Below, in pieces: positions 29,825 to 39,450 of a stretch of DNA of 64,000 bases. Position 1 is the first letter of the stretch; every line of letters begins with the position of its first letter. This DNA is from a virus (taxonomy: Duplodnaviria; Caudoviricetes), in the IMG/VR virus record IMGVR_UViG_2930248008_000005, positions 31,390 to 95,389 of that record; one strand, 5' to 3'. Below the pieces are notes generated by a model. The model worked only from the letters and a program-made list of their open reading frames with translations, was not told the origin of the DNA and did no database searches. A program made the translations under genes and the position numbers.

Positions 29825-30151
29825 ATGGAACGCGAGCCGCGACGGTGGCGAATGTACGCGGGAAGACTGAAGAGCCCGGTTGAGGGCCGGGAGTTCATGA
29901 ACTTCGGTGACCCGTGGTACGTGCGGGCGTACGGCCGAGAGCCGGTGCCCGTCGAGCTGACCGAGGACCCCGAGGGCACCTACTGGGGGTGGATCGACGC
30001 ACCGGGTCACCCGCAGGCCGATGGCATGCCGGAGATGGTCCAGCCGCACTACGGCATGTTCACGATGCAGTTCCCCTACGGCCCCGAGGCCGAGCAGGAG
30101 CGAGGGAAGGGCGAGATCGTGCGCATGTCGGTGCGCGAGGTGTCGGAATGA
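29825..30151 (+). CDS. Hypothetical protein
   Basis: Follows a type B repeat. Confidence 0.7.
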   Translation: MEREPRRWRMYAGRLKSPVEGREFMNFGDPWYVRAYGREPVPVELTEDPEGTYWGWIDAPGHPQADGMPEMVQPHYGMFTMQFPYGPEAEQERGKGEIVRMSVREVSE

Positions 30152-30582
30152 CGCGCGAGGCGGTGCGGGAGATGCTACGCAACAACCCGCGCCGCTTCGG
30201 TTACGCACTGCGCAGGGCGCTCTGGACCCACGAGGCGATGGCGTTGCTACCCGGCCCGTACGGCTGGAATGACGGCGGCTGCCTGCTGCTGGCCGAAGGG
30301 CTGGTTGAGCTGCTGGGGCGAGAGGCGCGCGTCAGGGCGGTCGTCCGGGGCGGCACGCTGTACGCCCAGCACTTCGTGGTGCAGGAGGGGCGCTGGCACC
30401 TGGACGCGGACGGGGCATGCCTGGAGGGCACCCTGCTGCGGCGCTGGGAAGAGCAGGAGTTGGTGCCGTCACCTCGGACGGCGCCGTTGCGCGCCGTCGA
30501 CATCAGCGCAGGCACCCCTCGTAGCGCTGAGGTGTCCGCCTCCGTGCGGGACTTCCTCTGTGCGCGCCTGCCTTCGGCCTGA
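30148..30582 (+). CDS. Putative papain/transglutaminase-like Cys-His-Asp protein
   Basis: GGCLLLAEGL ... QHFVV ... LDADG; ATGA overlap. Confidence 0.5.
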   Translation: MTREAVREMLRNNPRRFGYALRRALWTHEAMALLPGPYGWNDGGCLLLAEGLVELLGREARVRAVVRGGTLYAQHFVVQEGRWHLDADGACLEGTLLRRWEEQELVPSPRTAPLRAVDISAGTPRSAEVSASVRDFLCARLPSA

Positions 30583-30653
30583 CCGCTTCGGTCGGACTCG
30601 GGGCGACCCGAGTCCGGCTGTGGCCGCCAGGGCCAGGAAAGTGAGGCGAGGTA

Positions 30654-31043
30654 ATGAAGGGCGACAGCAGCCGGTGCGACCTGCCGGTAGGAACCTTCGT
30701 GGAGGTGACCGAGTACGGGGACGGCCAGCGGTACATCGCCGTGATCGTTGGCTACGACCTGGGGCGCAGCAAGTACGAGGTGGGGCACCGATACGCAGGC
30801 TGGGGCGAGTGGAGGTGGCTCGACGGTGGCGCCTGGGTCTTCCCGGGCGAGGTCGAGGAGATCAAAACCAAGGAGGTCAGCTTCGAGTCTGAAAACGTCG
30901 ACGAGAAGCCGGGCGTCGTCACCTACACCATCCCCGCCTGAGTGACGGTGAGGTGCGAGCCCGACGCGAGCGACGTGGCACTGCGCACCCGATGGGTGCT
31001 CGACGAGGGAACGACGTGGGACTCCTTCGACCACAACACCTGA
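30654..31043 (+). pseudogene. Cassette ORF interrupted by an in-frame TGA at 30939-30941
   Basis: Frame stays open for 33 more codons to the repeat-embedded TGA at 31041. Confidence 0.5.
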
Positions 31044-31117
31044 CCGCTTCGGGCGGACTCGGGGCGCACCCCCGAGCCCGCCAGTGGCCGCCAGGGCCGA
31101 GAGGGAGGACGCGAGCG

Positions 31118-32023
31118 ATGACGGAGGACAAGCGGCCCGTAACTGCCGATAGCACCCCGGCCGAGATTGACCAACGGCTGCTGGGGCTGGCGTGGGACAA
31201 GGCTCACCACCAGGCGATCCTGGGCGGCCGGAACGTCAGCGAGGAGCAGCGGGCAGCTGCGGAAGAGGCGTTGGCGCGGATCGCCGACGAGGAGAATCCG
31301 CTGGAGGCGGCATATGAGCGCCGGCGGTGGACTCGGTGGTGGTGGGTGCCGAACGGGCACCTACACCGGGAGGGTGAGTGCTCGACGCTGTTCGAGAGCA
31401 CCGAGCGGAACCTGACCCCGCGGGCTAGCGGACTGAGCGACGAGGAGTTGGTCGGCAAGTTCGGGTGGCACGTCTGCACCGCCTGCTACCCCGACGCCCC
31501 GAAGGACCCCAACTTCCGCACCCCGGGCACGTACGCGGCCGAGCAGGCAGCCGCCGACGGGTGGTGCCTGAACAAGGTGCCGGCGAGGATGAGCCGCAGA
31601 TGGCACGGCTACGGCAGTTGCGGGGAGTGTGACGCGGGCGGGGTGCCGGTGTCCAGCCGGGGCAACCTGCGCAAGCACAAGCACCAGCGGATGGCCGATG
31701 ACGCCGCCCGCGAGGCGCGGATCAACGACCCGAAGCTGATTGGCGCCGCCACTGGCGAGCCGCTGAAGGTGGACGGCTCGGAGATCAGAACCCGCCGCAC
31801 GGCCGAGATCGAGTGGGTGCGGCACATGGAGAACGGCGATGAGCGCGGTTGGGCCAGTAACCGCGCTTGGCAGGCCGAGCAGCGAGAGTTCGCTCGACAG
31901 ATCGCGGAGGCGCTGGCCGCCAAGGACGGGGTGAGCGTCGAGGAGATCGAGGCTCGACTCCAGCCGAAGCTGGAAGCCAAGATCCGCAAGTTCGAGCGCG
32001 ACCGGGAAACGGCCGGACGCTGA
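31118..32023 (+). CDS. Conserved actinophage hypothetical Zn-binding protein
   Basis: NGHLH...CSTL...LSGL...C..CYPDAP motif. Confidence 0.75.
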   Translation: MTEDKRPVTADSTPAEIDQRLLGLAWDKAHHQAILGGRNVSEEQRAAAEEALARIADEENPLEAAYERRRWTRWWWVPNGHLHREGECSTLFESTERNLTPRASGLSDEELVGKFGWHVCTACYPDAPKDPNFRTPGTYAAEQAAADGWCLNKVPARMSRRWHGYGSCGECDAGGVPVSSRGNLRKHKHQRMADDAAREARINDPKLIGAATGEPLKVDGSEIRTRRTAEIEWVRHMENGDERGWASNRAWQAEQREFARQIAEALAAKDGVSVEEIEARLQPKLEAKIRKFERDRETAGR

Positions 32024-32102
32024 CCGTACGGGTGATGGTGTGGCATCGGGCGCGAGCCCGGTGCCGCGCCACCTCCGTGCGGAGGAGAGAGTGAGGTCAG
32101 GG

Positions 32103-32627
32103 ATGACCTACGCGGTGATTGAGCGACTCCCGGATGGTCGGGAGTGCATCCTGGGCGTCGGCTTCACGGACGCGCCGGGATACCCCGACGACAGTCAGCT
32201 GTGGGCGCCGAAGCGGTGGGCGGTGCTGCTGACGCACGAGGACGTCCTGGTCGACGGGGTCTGGCGGGAGGTGGCACCGGCCGAGCCGACGGACCATGGC
32301 GTGGTGGGCGGCGACGGGCAGCTCAGTACGGCCTGGGGCCGGAGGTTCGCCCGCCGAATGCCCGACGGGTTGTGGGCGGTGATCGACCACTTCTTCTACG
32401 TCGAGACCGACGTGATGCACGAGAGCGGCGAGCGGTGGCTGACCGAGGGGATCTGGCGCACCGCCTGCCGGGACCTGCGCGACGTGGGTGGCACCGAGGA
32501 GTGGGCCGACACCCCCGAGTACAAGGGCCTGGACACGGTCGGCGAGGTCACCGACCGGGACGCCTACGGCCGGTGCGACCTGCTGACCGGCGAGTACGAC
32601 TGGAACGGGGAGAGCCTCGTCCGCTGA
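32103..32627 (+). CDS. Hypothetical cassette protein
   Basis: Bounded by type A repeats. Confidence 0.7.
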   Translation: MTYAVIERLPDGRECILGVGFTDAPGYPDDSQLWAPKRWAVLLTHEDVLVDGVWREVAPAEPTDHGVVGGDGQLSTAWGRRFARRMPDGLWAVIDHFFYVETDVMHESGERWLTEGIWRTACRDLRDVGGTEEWADTPEYKGLDTVGEVTDRDAYGRCDLLTGEYDWNGESLVR

Positions 32628-32700
32628 TGGTGGGGCATCCGTCCGGTGCCGGATGCCCTCGCCACCTCCGGACGGAGGAGAAAGGGCGCAGGTGAGCGCC

Positions 32701-33141
32701 ATGAACCGAGCCGCAATCCTCGAACTGGAAGAACTGGCAGCCCAGCCGCCGCGCCTGCCGAGCCGGTACGACGCGACGGACCACTGCCGAGAGTGCCGGT
32801 CGCTGGTCGGGACGCCGGACATGGCCAGGTGCGCGCTGGCGGTCTTGGCGGACCGGCAGGAGGCGGGCCGGCTCGTGCTGGCCGCCGAGACCATCGCGCA
32901 GTTGGCGGAGGTGCCCCGCTCGCCGTGGCGGGTAGTCGCGGCCATGCTGCGGCCGTGGAAGTCGTCGCGCCTGTTCTACCCGATGGTCCTCACCGGCAAG
33001 CCGGGGGTCTACGCGCTGAGCGGCGGCGGGGCGCGGAACTCGGCAGAGCAGGCCGAGGAGCACCTCGGCTCGATCCTCGGCGGCTACCGGGAGGGTTGGG
33101 TGGCGACGTACGCCGGGGCGTACCAGGTGTTCAGCCGCTGA
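32701..33141 (+). CDS. Hypothetical cassette protein
   Basis: Bounded by type A repeats. Confidence 0.7.
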   Translation: MNRAAILELEELAAQPPRLPSRYDATDHCRECRSLVGTPDMARCALAVLADRQEAGRLVLAAETIAQLAEVPRSPWRVVAAMLRPWKSSRLFYPMVLTGKPGVYALSGGGARNSAEQAEEHLGSILGGYREGWVATYAGAYQVFSR

Positions 33142-33206
33142 CCGCGAGGGATGACGGTGCGGGCCGGGCGCATGTCCGGCCGGCGCCGCCGGCCGCGGGG
33201 TCGGAG

Positions 33207-33527
33207 ATGGGTGGTCGAGAGGTGGACTTGGTGGGGGTTCGGCCGGACACGTTGGCCGAGATGACGGAGATGATGCGGGACCTGGACGCGGCACTTTCGT
33301 TCGGGACGTCGTGGATGGCAGGAGGCAAGCTGACGGTCCGGGCGATCAAGGGCACCTGCTACATGGTGCGGGTGCTCGGGCCGGAGCGCGCCGAGCTGGA
33401 CTGCATCGAGACGAGCCGCGGCCTGGTGCAGATGGCCGGCTGGCACGACCCGGCCGCCGGACTGTCGCTGCCGCCGAACATCGCACGCAAGGCGTGGGAG
33501 ATGTCGCAGGTCAAGCGAGCGGCGTGA
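33207..33527 (+). CDS. Hypothetical protein
   Basis: Follows the last type A repeat. Confidence 0.6.
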   Translation: MGGREVDLVGVRPDTLAEMTEMMRDLDAALSFGTSWMAGGKLTVRAIKGTCYMVRVLGPERAELDCIETSRGLVQMAGWHDPAAGLSLPPNIARKAWEMSQVKRAA

Positions 33528-33624
33528 CGACGAGGTGACGGCCCGGTTGGATCCGGCACCTGGGATGCTGTCCCAGGCGCCCGGCCCTGGCGGTTCGACG
33601 CCGGTACAAAGCGAGGAGACGGTG

Positions 33625-34080
33625 ATGATCAGAAACGAAGCCGAGCGACTCCAGCGTGCGCTGGACGAGCTGGTCGGCGCGACCGGCGTCGAGGGTATCC
33701 GGGCTGCCACCCGCCTGCGCGACGACATGCAGAAGTCGATTCAGCGGTCACGGGCGCTCATGGCGGCGGACCTGTACTACCTGAAGGGCATGTCGTCGCG
33801 GGAGATCGCGTCGGCCGTCAGCGAAGGCGGCACCCCCTACACGCAGGCCGGGGTGTTCAAGTGGCTCAAGGCGCAGATCGGCCAGGACCCGCTGGTGTAC
33901 GTGGGCGTCTGGCGGGACGGCGACGACTTCCACATGGACACCTTCCCCGCCGAGAGTCCGGACCAGATCCGCAAGGTGGTCGACGGCGGCGTGCGCCTCG
34001 CGCCCGCGACGTGGGAGCTGGATCCGAGCACGGCCGACGCTAAGGACGTGTGGCGCCGGCTGACCCGACTGGAGAGCTAA
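33625..34080 (+). CDS. Putative HTH DNA-binding protein
   Basis: GMSSREIASAV...YTQAGVFKWL; GAGGAG RBS. Confidence 0.55.
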   Translation: MIRNEAERLQRALDELVGATGVEGIRAATRLRDDMQKSIQRSRALMAADLYYLKGMSSREIASAVSEGGTPYTQAGVFKWLKAQIGQDPLVYVGVWRDGDDFHMDTFPAESPDQIRKVVDGGVRLAPATWELDPSTADAKDVWRRLTRLES

Positions 34081-34095
34081 GGAAGCGAGGAAGTC

Positions 34096-34392
34096 ATGGA
34101 CGGGCACGAGCGACAGGGGCAGGCACTGCTCGGCGACGAGCGCGTGTGGCTGATGGATGCCCTCGGGGTGTCGAACGAGCAGGCGCGGCTGGCGGTGCAG
34201 GAGGTCGGCCTGTACGTCCTCGGGGTGTCGGAGGGTGGGTTGGCGGTGCTGAGGGTCGGCCGGCACGTCCTCATGGGAACCAACGAGGCTGGCGCCCACT
34301 TTCAGGCGGTGGGCGACGCCGGCCGGGAGGCGCTGGAAGCGATCCGGGCTCGCCTGATCGAGCAGGGCTATAGCCCCAGTGACGTCCGGTGA
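34096..34392 (+). CDS. Hypothetical protein
   Basis: RBS; operonic position. Confidence 0.65.
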   Translation: MDGHERQGQALLGDERVWLMDALGVSNEQARLAVQEVGLYVLGVSEGGLAVLRVGRHVLMGTNEAGAHFQAVGDAGREALEAIRARLIEQGYSPSDVR

Positions 34393-34634
34393 GCGAGGAG
34401 GAGCGCGCCCGGCTGCTCCGGCTGATTGGCGAGGAGTACGCGGAGACGCTGGATCGGGTCGACCACTGGATCGAGCGGGAGGTGCGCCACCTCGGCCAGG
34501 TCGACGAGGTGGAGCGGTTCGCCTACCTGTGCGAGCAGTTGAGGAGGTTGCCCCCAGAGACGGTGGGTGCGGCCCCTGGGATGGCGGCGGTGCTCATCCT
34601 GCGGGAGGCGAAGGCCAAGCGGCACGAGCTGTGA
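34389..34634 (+). CDS. Hypothetical protein
   Basis: GTGA overlap. Confidence 0.6.
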   Translation: MSEEERARLLRLIGEEYAETLDRVDHWIEREVRHLGQVDEVERFAYLCEQLRRLPPETVGAAPGMAAVLILREAKAKRHEL

Positions 34635-34640
34635 CTGGGC

Positions 34641-34700
34641 GAGAACGGGGCCACGGATTGACGTGGCCCCGTTCTTTGCTCTACCTTGGATGTATTAAAT
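34641..34700 (+). promoter_or_regulatory. Terminator-like hairpin overlapping a promoter, with TTGGATGTATTAAAT motif
   Basis: GAGAACGGGGCCACG/CGTGGCCCCGTTCTT inverted repeat; TTGACG-N18-TACCTT. Confidence 0.7.
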
Positions 34701-34808
34701 ACACCTAAGCACGACGGAGCTGGCCGCTTCCGTGCTCGCCGGGAGACCGGCGGGACGCGGTGGCCGCCAGGCCAGAGCCACAACCGAACAGGAAAGGACC
34801 ACCTCAGG

Positions 34809-36026
34809 ATGACCACGACCCTTCCGGTGGATCGCAACGAGGCGTTCGCGGCCGAGCGTCGCGAGCAGCTCGAAGCCGCCACCCAGGCGCAGGCCAACTT
34901 CGATCAGCGCCTCGCCGACGGCAAGCTCCGCAACCTCGGCAACGGCCGCTTCCAGGTCACCGACCCGGGAAGCTGGGACGACGGCGAGATCCTGCTCCGC
35001 AACAACCTCGGGCAGATCATGCCGCAGCACGGCCTCGACGAGACCACGGGTTCCGTCGCCCTCTACACCACCACGCCGGCCTGGCACGGCCTCGGCAACG
35101 TCGTCCCCGGCGGCACCGCCGACATCGACACCGTCCTCAAGCTAGGCGGGATCGACTGGGAGGTCCGCAAGCGGCCGGTGCTCTTCCAGGAGGAGCTGGG
35201 CGGCCCGACCCGCGTACTTCCGGGCAAGTTCGTCACCACCCGCGGGGACACCCACGCCGGCCTCGGTGTCGTCGGCGAGAAGTACACCGTCTTCCAGAAC
35301 CGGACCCAGTTCGAGTTCCTCCAGGACCTCGCCGCGAGCCGCAAGCTGATCTGGGAGTCAGCCGGCGCGGTGCGCGACGGTCGCCGCGTGTTCGTCAGCA
35401 TGCGGCTACCCGAGAGCCTGGTCATCGACGAGGGCGGCGTGGCCGACGAGATCATCCCGTTCGTCGCGGCCATGAACTCCCACGACGGCAGCAGCAAGTT
35501 CGAGATCGTCCTAACCCCCTGGCGCCCGGTGTGCGGCAACACCGAGCGGTTCGCCCTGCGCGACGCCGTGGCCCGGTGGGGCTGCCGGCACACCACCAAC
35601 GCGCAGGAGCGCTTCGAGCAGGCCCGCGAGACCCTGGGCCTGTCCGTCGCCTACTACGAGGAGTTCGTCGCCGAGGAGACGGCGCTGGCCCAGACCGACC
35701 TGGCCATCGACGAGTTCCACAAGGTCATCGACGACCTGTTCGGCACCGTCGACGAGGACGCCTCGGAGAAGAAGCGCAAGAAGCACGAGGCGCGAAAGAA
35801 CGTGCTCACCGACCTGTTCACCACCAACGCCGAGCGGCTGGGCAACACCGCCTACGCCGGCGAGCGGGCCATCACCGAGTTCCTCGACCACAAGGTCAGC
35901 ATCCGGCCGACCGGATCCCTGAAGGGAAAGTTTGCCGCCGCCCGCGCCACCGCGGTCATGGAGGGCGACCGGGACGAGGCCAAGAACAAGGCGCACAAGC
36001 GGCTGATGCTGCTGGTCCGCCGCTGA
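34809..36026 (+). CDS. DUF932 domain protein
   Basis: PAWHGLG, YTVFQN, ESAGA..GRRVF, NSHDGS, R.VC.NT and RHT motifs. Confidence 0.9.
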   Translation: MTTTLPVDRNEAFAAERREQLEAATQAQANFDQRLADGKLRNLGNGRFQVTDPGSWDDGEILLRNNLGQIMPQHGLDETTGSVALYTTTPAWHGLGNVVPGGTADIDTVLKLGGIDWEVRKRPVLFQEELGGPTRVLPGKFVTTRGDTHAGLGVVGEKYTVFQNRTQFEFLQDLAASRKLIWESAGAVRDGRRVFVSMRLPESLVIDEGGVADEIIPFVAAMNSHDGSSKFEIVLTPWRPVCGNTERFALRDAVARWGCRHTTNAQERFEQARETLGLSVAYYEEFVAEETALAQTDLAIDEFHKVIDDLFGTVDEDASEKKRKKHEARKNVLTDLFTTNAERLGNTAYAGERAITEFLDHKVSIRPTGSLKGKFAAARATAVMEGDRDEAKNKAHKRLMLLVRR

Positions 36027-36106
36027 CCCTGACCGCTTCGGTCCGGCTCGCCCCACCCGGGGCGAGCCGGGCAGTGGCCGCCAGGGCCAAGACGGAGGAA
36101 ACCAAC

Positions 36107-36631
36107 ATGCCCGATGCACCCGCCGTGCCACTGAGCCTGAACCACCTGCCCACCGTGGCCGGGCTCGCCGTCCCGTGGATCACGCCCACACTGCCCGACG
36201 GCCGCCACCTCTTCGGGAAGGTGGACGCCTCGCGCCTGCGCGCCGCCCTCGACAAGTACCTCTGCTCGATCTGCGGCAAGCCGCTCGACGAGCGGATCGT
36301 GTTCGCCATGCGCGACGTCGACCTGCGGAGGCTTCTGTCGCCAGAGCCCGGCATGCACCCCGCGTGCGCGCACTACAGCGCGCTCGCCTGCCCCATGCTC
36401 GGCGGACGCATGGCCCGCTACGGCAGGGCTGTCGGGGTGGCCGCGGAGGTTGGGATCCCGCTGGGCGACCCCGGTAACGCGCGGGCCGGCCACGCGGCCG
36501 ATCGGTATCACCTCGTGTGGGTGAACAGCTACCGGGTCGTGACGGACCCCGCCACTGACCTTCCATCGGCGCAGGTGATGCCCTGGCAGATCCTGCGCAG
36601 CCGGCCAATCGTCCGGCAGGAGGGCGCCTGA
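36107..36631 (+). CDS. Conserved actinobacterial mobile-element protein (Cys/His motifs)
   Basis: GLAVPW...LCSICG...EPGMHPACAHYSALACPML. Confidence 0.7.
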   Translation: MPDAPAVPLSLNHLPTVAGLAVPWITPTLPDGRHLFGKVDASRLRAALDKYLCSICGKPLDERIVFAMRDVDLRRLLSPEPGMHPACAHYSALACPMLGGRMARYGRAVGVAAEVGIPLGDPGNARAGHAADRYHLVWVNSYRVVTDPATDLPSAQVMPWQILRSRPIVRQEGA

Positions 36632-36705
36632 CCGCTTCGGTCGGGCTCAGGGCGACCTGAGCCCGGCTGTGGCCGCCAGGGCCAAGACGAGGAGATTCGA
36701 GGATC

Positions 36706-37035
36706 ATGAGCGACCAGGACGAGAACGAGCAGATCGTCAGGAACTTCCTGATGGGCGCAGCGCACACCCAGGCGGCCCTCCGCAGGCGGCGGGTCATCCT
36801 GTTCGTCGACGAGTCGATGCTCACCGAGCACGGCTACGAGCCGGTGTTCGTCGCCGAAGGCGAGACCGGCTGCTACCGCCAGGGCCGCGAGAACCACCAG
36901 CAGCCCTGGTACTTCGGGCACGACTTCAAGGTGGCCAAGCGGCTCGTCGACGAGGCAAACGAGCGCCTCGGTGTGTCACCCGAGGAGGCGCACCACATCG
37001 TGATGGCGTCGATGTTCCCCGGCTACCGGCCCTGA
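36706..37035 (+). CDS. Hypothetical cassette protein
   Basis: Bounded by type B repeats. Confidence 0.7.
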   Translation: MSDQDENEQIVRNFLMGAAHTQAALRRRRVILFVDESMLTEHGYEPVFVAEGETGCYRQGRENHQQPWYFGHDFKVAKRLVDEANERLGVSPEEAHHIVMASMFPGYRP

Positions 37036-37107
37036 CCGCCTCCGTCCGGACCGCGCCCGTCGCGCGGTCCGGCGCGGTGGCCGCCAAGGCCAAGAAGGGA
37101 GGGCACC

Positions 37108-37485
37108 ATGCCCACGACACAGGACCTGATGGAGGCAGCCTTCAAGCGGCTGCGAGACAAGGGCATCACGCCGACGCTGGTGTTCGACCAGCGCGCCATG
37201 GTGCGCAGCGACTGTCTGGAGGCGTACGAGCGCGCCGCCCAGGTGGAGGGCAACCCCGGCAGGTGGGTGGGCGCATCCTTCACGGACGCCCAGTGGCGCA
37301 GCGGCATGCTGCACTACCGGGGCTCCCTGGACAGGGAGTGGCACCTGGTCCACAAGCTGCTCTTCAGCTTCCCCCGCAACGACCTCACGGTCCCGCGCGA
37401 GCTGCTGAACGCCCTCGCGGCCGAGAGGCTCCACGCGGAGTGGCAGTGCGAGGCGGCGTCAGCCGTCGAGGTGTGGCTGACCTGA
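37108..37485 (+). CDS. Hypothetical cassette protein
   Basis: Bounded by type B repeats. Confidence 0.7.
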   Translation: MPTTQDLMEAAFKRLRDKGITPTLVFDQRAMVRSDCLEAYERAAQVEGNPGRWVGASFTDAQWRSGMLHYRGSLDREWHLVHKLLFSFPRNDLTVPRELLNALAAERLHAEWQCEAASAVEVWLT

Positions 37486-37559
37486 CGGGTTCCGTGGCCC
37501 ACCCGGGGTGCGACCGGGTGGGCCGCGGTGGCCGCCAAGGGCCTGAGCGAGGAGGAGAC

Positions 37560-37802
37560 ATGGGCTTTCTGAGGGACTTCGAGCGTGGTGACCGGGTGTT
37601 CGTCGCCCAGGGCGTCGACGAGTGGCTCGGCATCGAGGTGGTGGGTGGCGACGCCGAGGAGGGCGTGGTGTACGGGCGCGTCCTGCTCACCAACGGCATC
37701 CCCGGCTACGAGAAGGGCGAAGTGATCCCGCTTGTCGAGGGCCTGCTCGCGTACCGCGAGCTGACCGTGGACGTACTACTGGCGCGCGAGGAGCGCGGCT
37801 GA
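37560..37802 (+). CDS. Hypothetical cassette protein
   Basis: Bounded by type B repeats. Confidence 0.7.
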   Translation: MGFLRDFERGDRVFVAQGVDEWLGIEVVGGDAEEGVVYGRVLLTNGIPGYEKGEVIPLVEGLLAYRELTVDVLLAREERG

Positions 37803-37892
37803 CCGATCGGGCCGCTTCGGTGGCGCCTGGGGCAACCCAGGCGCCGCAGTGGCCGCCCGGCCAACGAGGAACCGCATGAAGGAGCAAGACAC

Positions 37893-38282
37893 ATGTCCGG
37901 CCTGACCACCGTGGAATACGCAGCGCTCGATGGAGAGCAGCGCGCGCAGGCGCTCTCCGACGCCTTCCGTGAGCTGGAGAACGCGCAGTACACGCTCGCC
38001 CGGTACAAGGTGGCCGAGGCGGCGGGGCTGATCCGCCAGGAGTTCCCCGAGGCTCGCTGGGTTGCCTTTGAGCAGGGGCACGACGGCCTCGACGCCTCGA
38101 CGATAATCCACCGGGTCTATGGGGACGGCGAACAAGCCGTGCTGTTCGACCTGGAAGAGGATGAGGATGGCGAGTTCCCCAACACGGCAGCCGAGGACTA
38201 CCTGAGCGGCGCAGGCGAGGGAGGGTTCGACTTCCGCGAGCGGGGCGACCTGCTCTGGCTCGATCTGATCGAGCTGCGCTGA
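37893..38282 (+). CDS. Hypothetical cassette protein
   Basis: Bounded by type B repeats. Confidence 0.7.
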   Translation: MSGLTTVEYAALDGEQRAQALSDAFRELENAQYTLARYKVAEAAGLIRQEFPEARWVAFEQGHDGLDASTIIHRVYGDGEQAVLFDLEEDEDGEFPNTAAEDYLSGAGEGGFDFRERGDLLWLDLIELR

Positions 38283-38354
38283 CCGCCTCCGTTCCCGCCC
38301 GACTCTGGTCGGGCGGGCAGCGGTGGCCGCCAGAGCGACATGGAGGAGCGAGAG

Positions 38355-38729
38355 ATGAAGGTGCTGGCAGCGACCAGGAGAGGTCAGGGCGAGCGCCCTG
38401 GGGACTTCTCGTGGACCAACGACGGAGAGCTGGTCTTCCCCGGGTTCGTGTGCGACGCAGACCTGGCCGACCCGGAGGGTGGCTGCGGCTGCGGCCGGGC
38501 GCTGATCGGGGTCGAGTCCGCGAAGGGGACGACCACCGCGGAGGTGGTGGAGCAGGACCTAACGTTCGAGCAGCTGACGGCCATCGTGGCCAAGGCGCTG
38601 ACGGACCAAGGGTGGGGCGCTGAGGAGGGCGTGGCGGAGGCTGTCGCCGACGACATCGTGGGGCCGATAGCGGACCTGCCGGCCGGCACGATCGTCGGCC
38701 GCCGGCTCGACGAGCTGTCCGCCCGCTGA
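38355..38729 (+). CDS. Conserved actinobacterial hypothetical protein
   Basis: MKVLAAT...QG.R.GDF.W...GELV...CD....GGCGCGR...G..S...TTTA. Confidence 0.75.
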   Translation: MKVLAATRRGQGERPGDFSWTNDGELVFPGFVCDADLADPEGGCGCGRALIGVESAKGTTTAEVVEQDLTFEQLTAIVAKALTDQGWGAEEGVAEAVADDIVGPIADLPAGTIVGRRLDELSAR

Positions 38730-38806
38730 GACCTGACCGCTTCTGTGGCCGCTCCGGCGACCGGGCGGACCGCAGTGGCCGTCAGGGCCAGGACGAGGAG
38801 GACGAG

Positions 38807-39157
38807 ATGCTGTACGGGGACGGGGTCGACATGACGAAGGTCATGTTCGGCGAGAACGCCAGGCACGTCGGCGCCTGGATGTACGTGCAGAACCAGGGCC
38901 CAAGCGTGGTGTCGTTCGTAGGGGGCTCGATGGCGCCTGCGGCGGCACGACACCCATTGCGGTTCGGGTCGGAGCGGACCCACCAGTTCGTCCTGGGCGA
39001 GCTGATCGTCCGGCCGCACCTGGTGATCGCCACCGACGCGCTGCGCGGTTCCGGGCTGGCCTCTCTGGCCACGAGCGACCACGACTTCGGGCGGATGCTG
39101 AGCAGCGGCGAGGTGCTGCTCGGCGACCCAGGCGCGGCTCGCTGGAACGCCGGGTGA
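38807..39157 (+). CDS. Hypothetical protein
   Basis: Follows a type B repeat. Confidence 0.65.
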   Translation: MLYGDGVDMTKVMFGENARHVGAWMYVQNQGPSVVSFVGGSMAPAAARHPLRFGSERTHQFVLGELIVRPHLVIATDALRGSGLASLATSDHDFGRMLSSGEVLLGDPGAARWNAG

Positions 39158-39399
39158 GCGCGACGAGCGAGCGCCCCATCGACATGGGGTTGGGCACGTA
39201 CGCCCTCGCGCCCGAGGGCACCAACGAGTACGACGAGACGTTCGAGCAGGCTTGGACGCGCCACCGGGCCAACCACCCGGAGGTGGCGGCGGTATGGGGG
39301 CAGCAGAACGGCCGGTGGCCGAAGTGTGTGTGCCCCCGGTGCGATCCGGAGCAGCGCCGGCCGCGGCCAAACATCCTCGTCGAGGGCGGCGACGACTGA
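39154..39399 (+). CDS. Hypothetical protein
   Basis: GTGA overlap. Confidence 0.6.
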   Translation: MSATSERPIDMGLGTYALAPEGTNEYDETFEQAWTRHRANHPEVAAVWGQQNGRWPKCVCPRCDPEQRRPRPNILVEGGDD

Positions 39400-39450
39400 C
39401 CATGCCCGGCAAGAGCTGCCGTGCCAGAACGCAAGTTGCAGGAGGGGCAC

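Larger units (their letters stand above)
11751..33206 (+). repeat. Type A intergenic structured repeat (~39 copies, ~75-90 nt)
   Basis: Consensus CTGA-CCGTGC-GCTGAYGGTG-[variable hairpin]-GCCACCNNC-GCACGG-NNGGAG..GAGG-start. Copies at ~11751, 12231, 12707, 13155, 13417, 14065, 14570, 15041, 15486, 15699, 16343, 16770, 17134, 17810, 18220, 18546, 19341, 19678, 20174, 20555, 20829, 21385, 21935, 22307, 22906, 23379, 23933, 24294, 25198, 25598, 26108, 26600, 26918, 27467, 27939, 28246, 32020, 32618, 33138. Confidence 0.95.

Noticed and set aside
11751-33206. Hammerhead ribozyme suggested by CTGATG
   Set aside because: Most copies read CTGAYGG rather than CUGANGA, and the conserved GAAA is absent.
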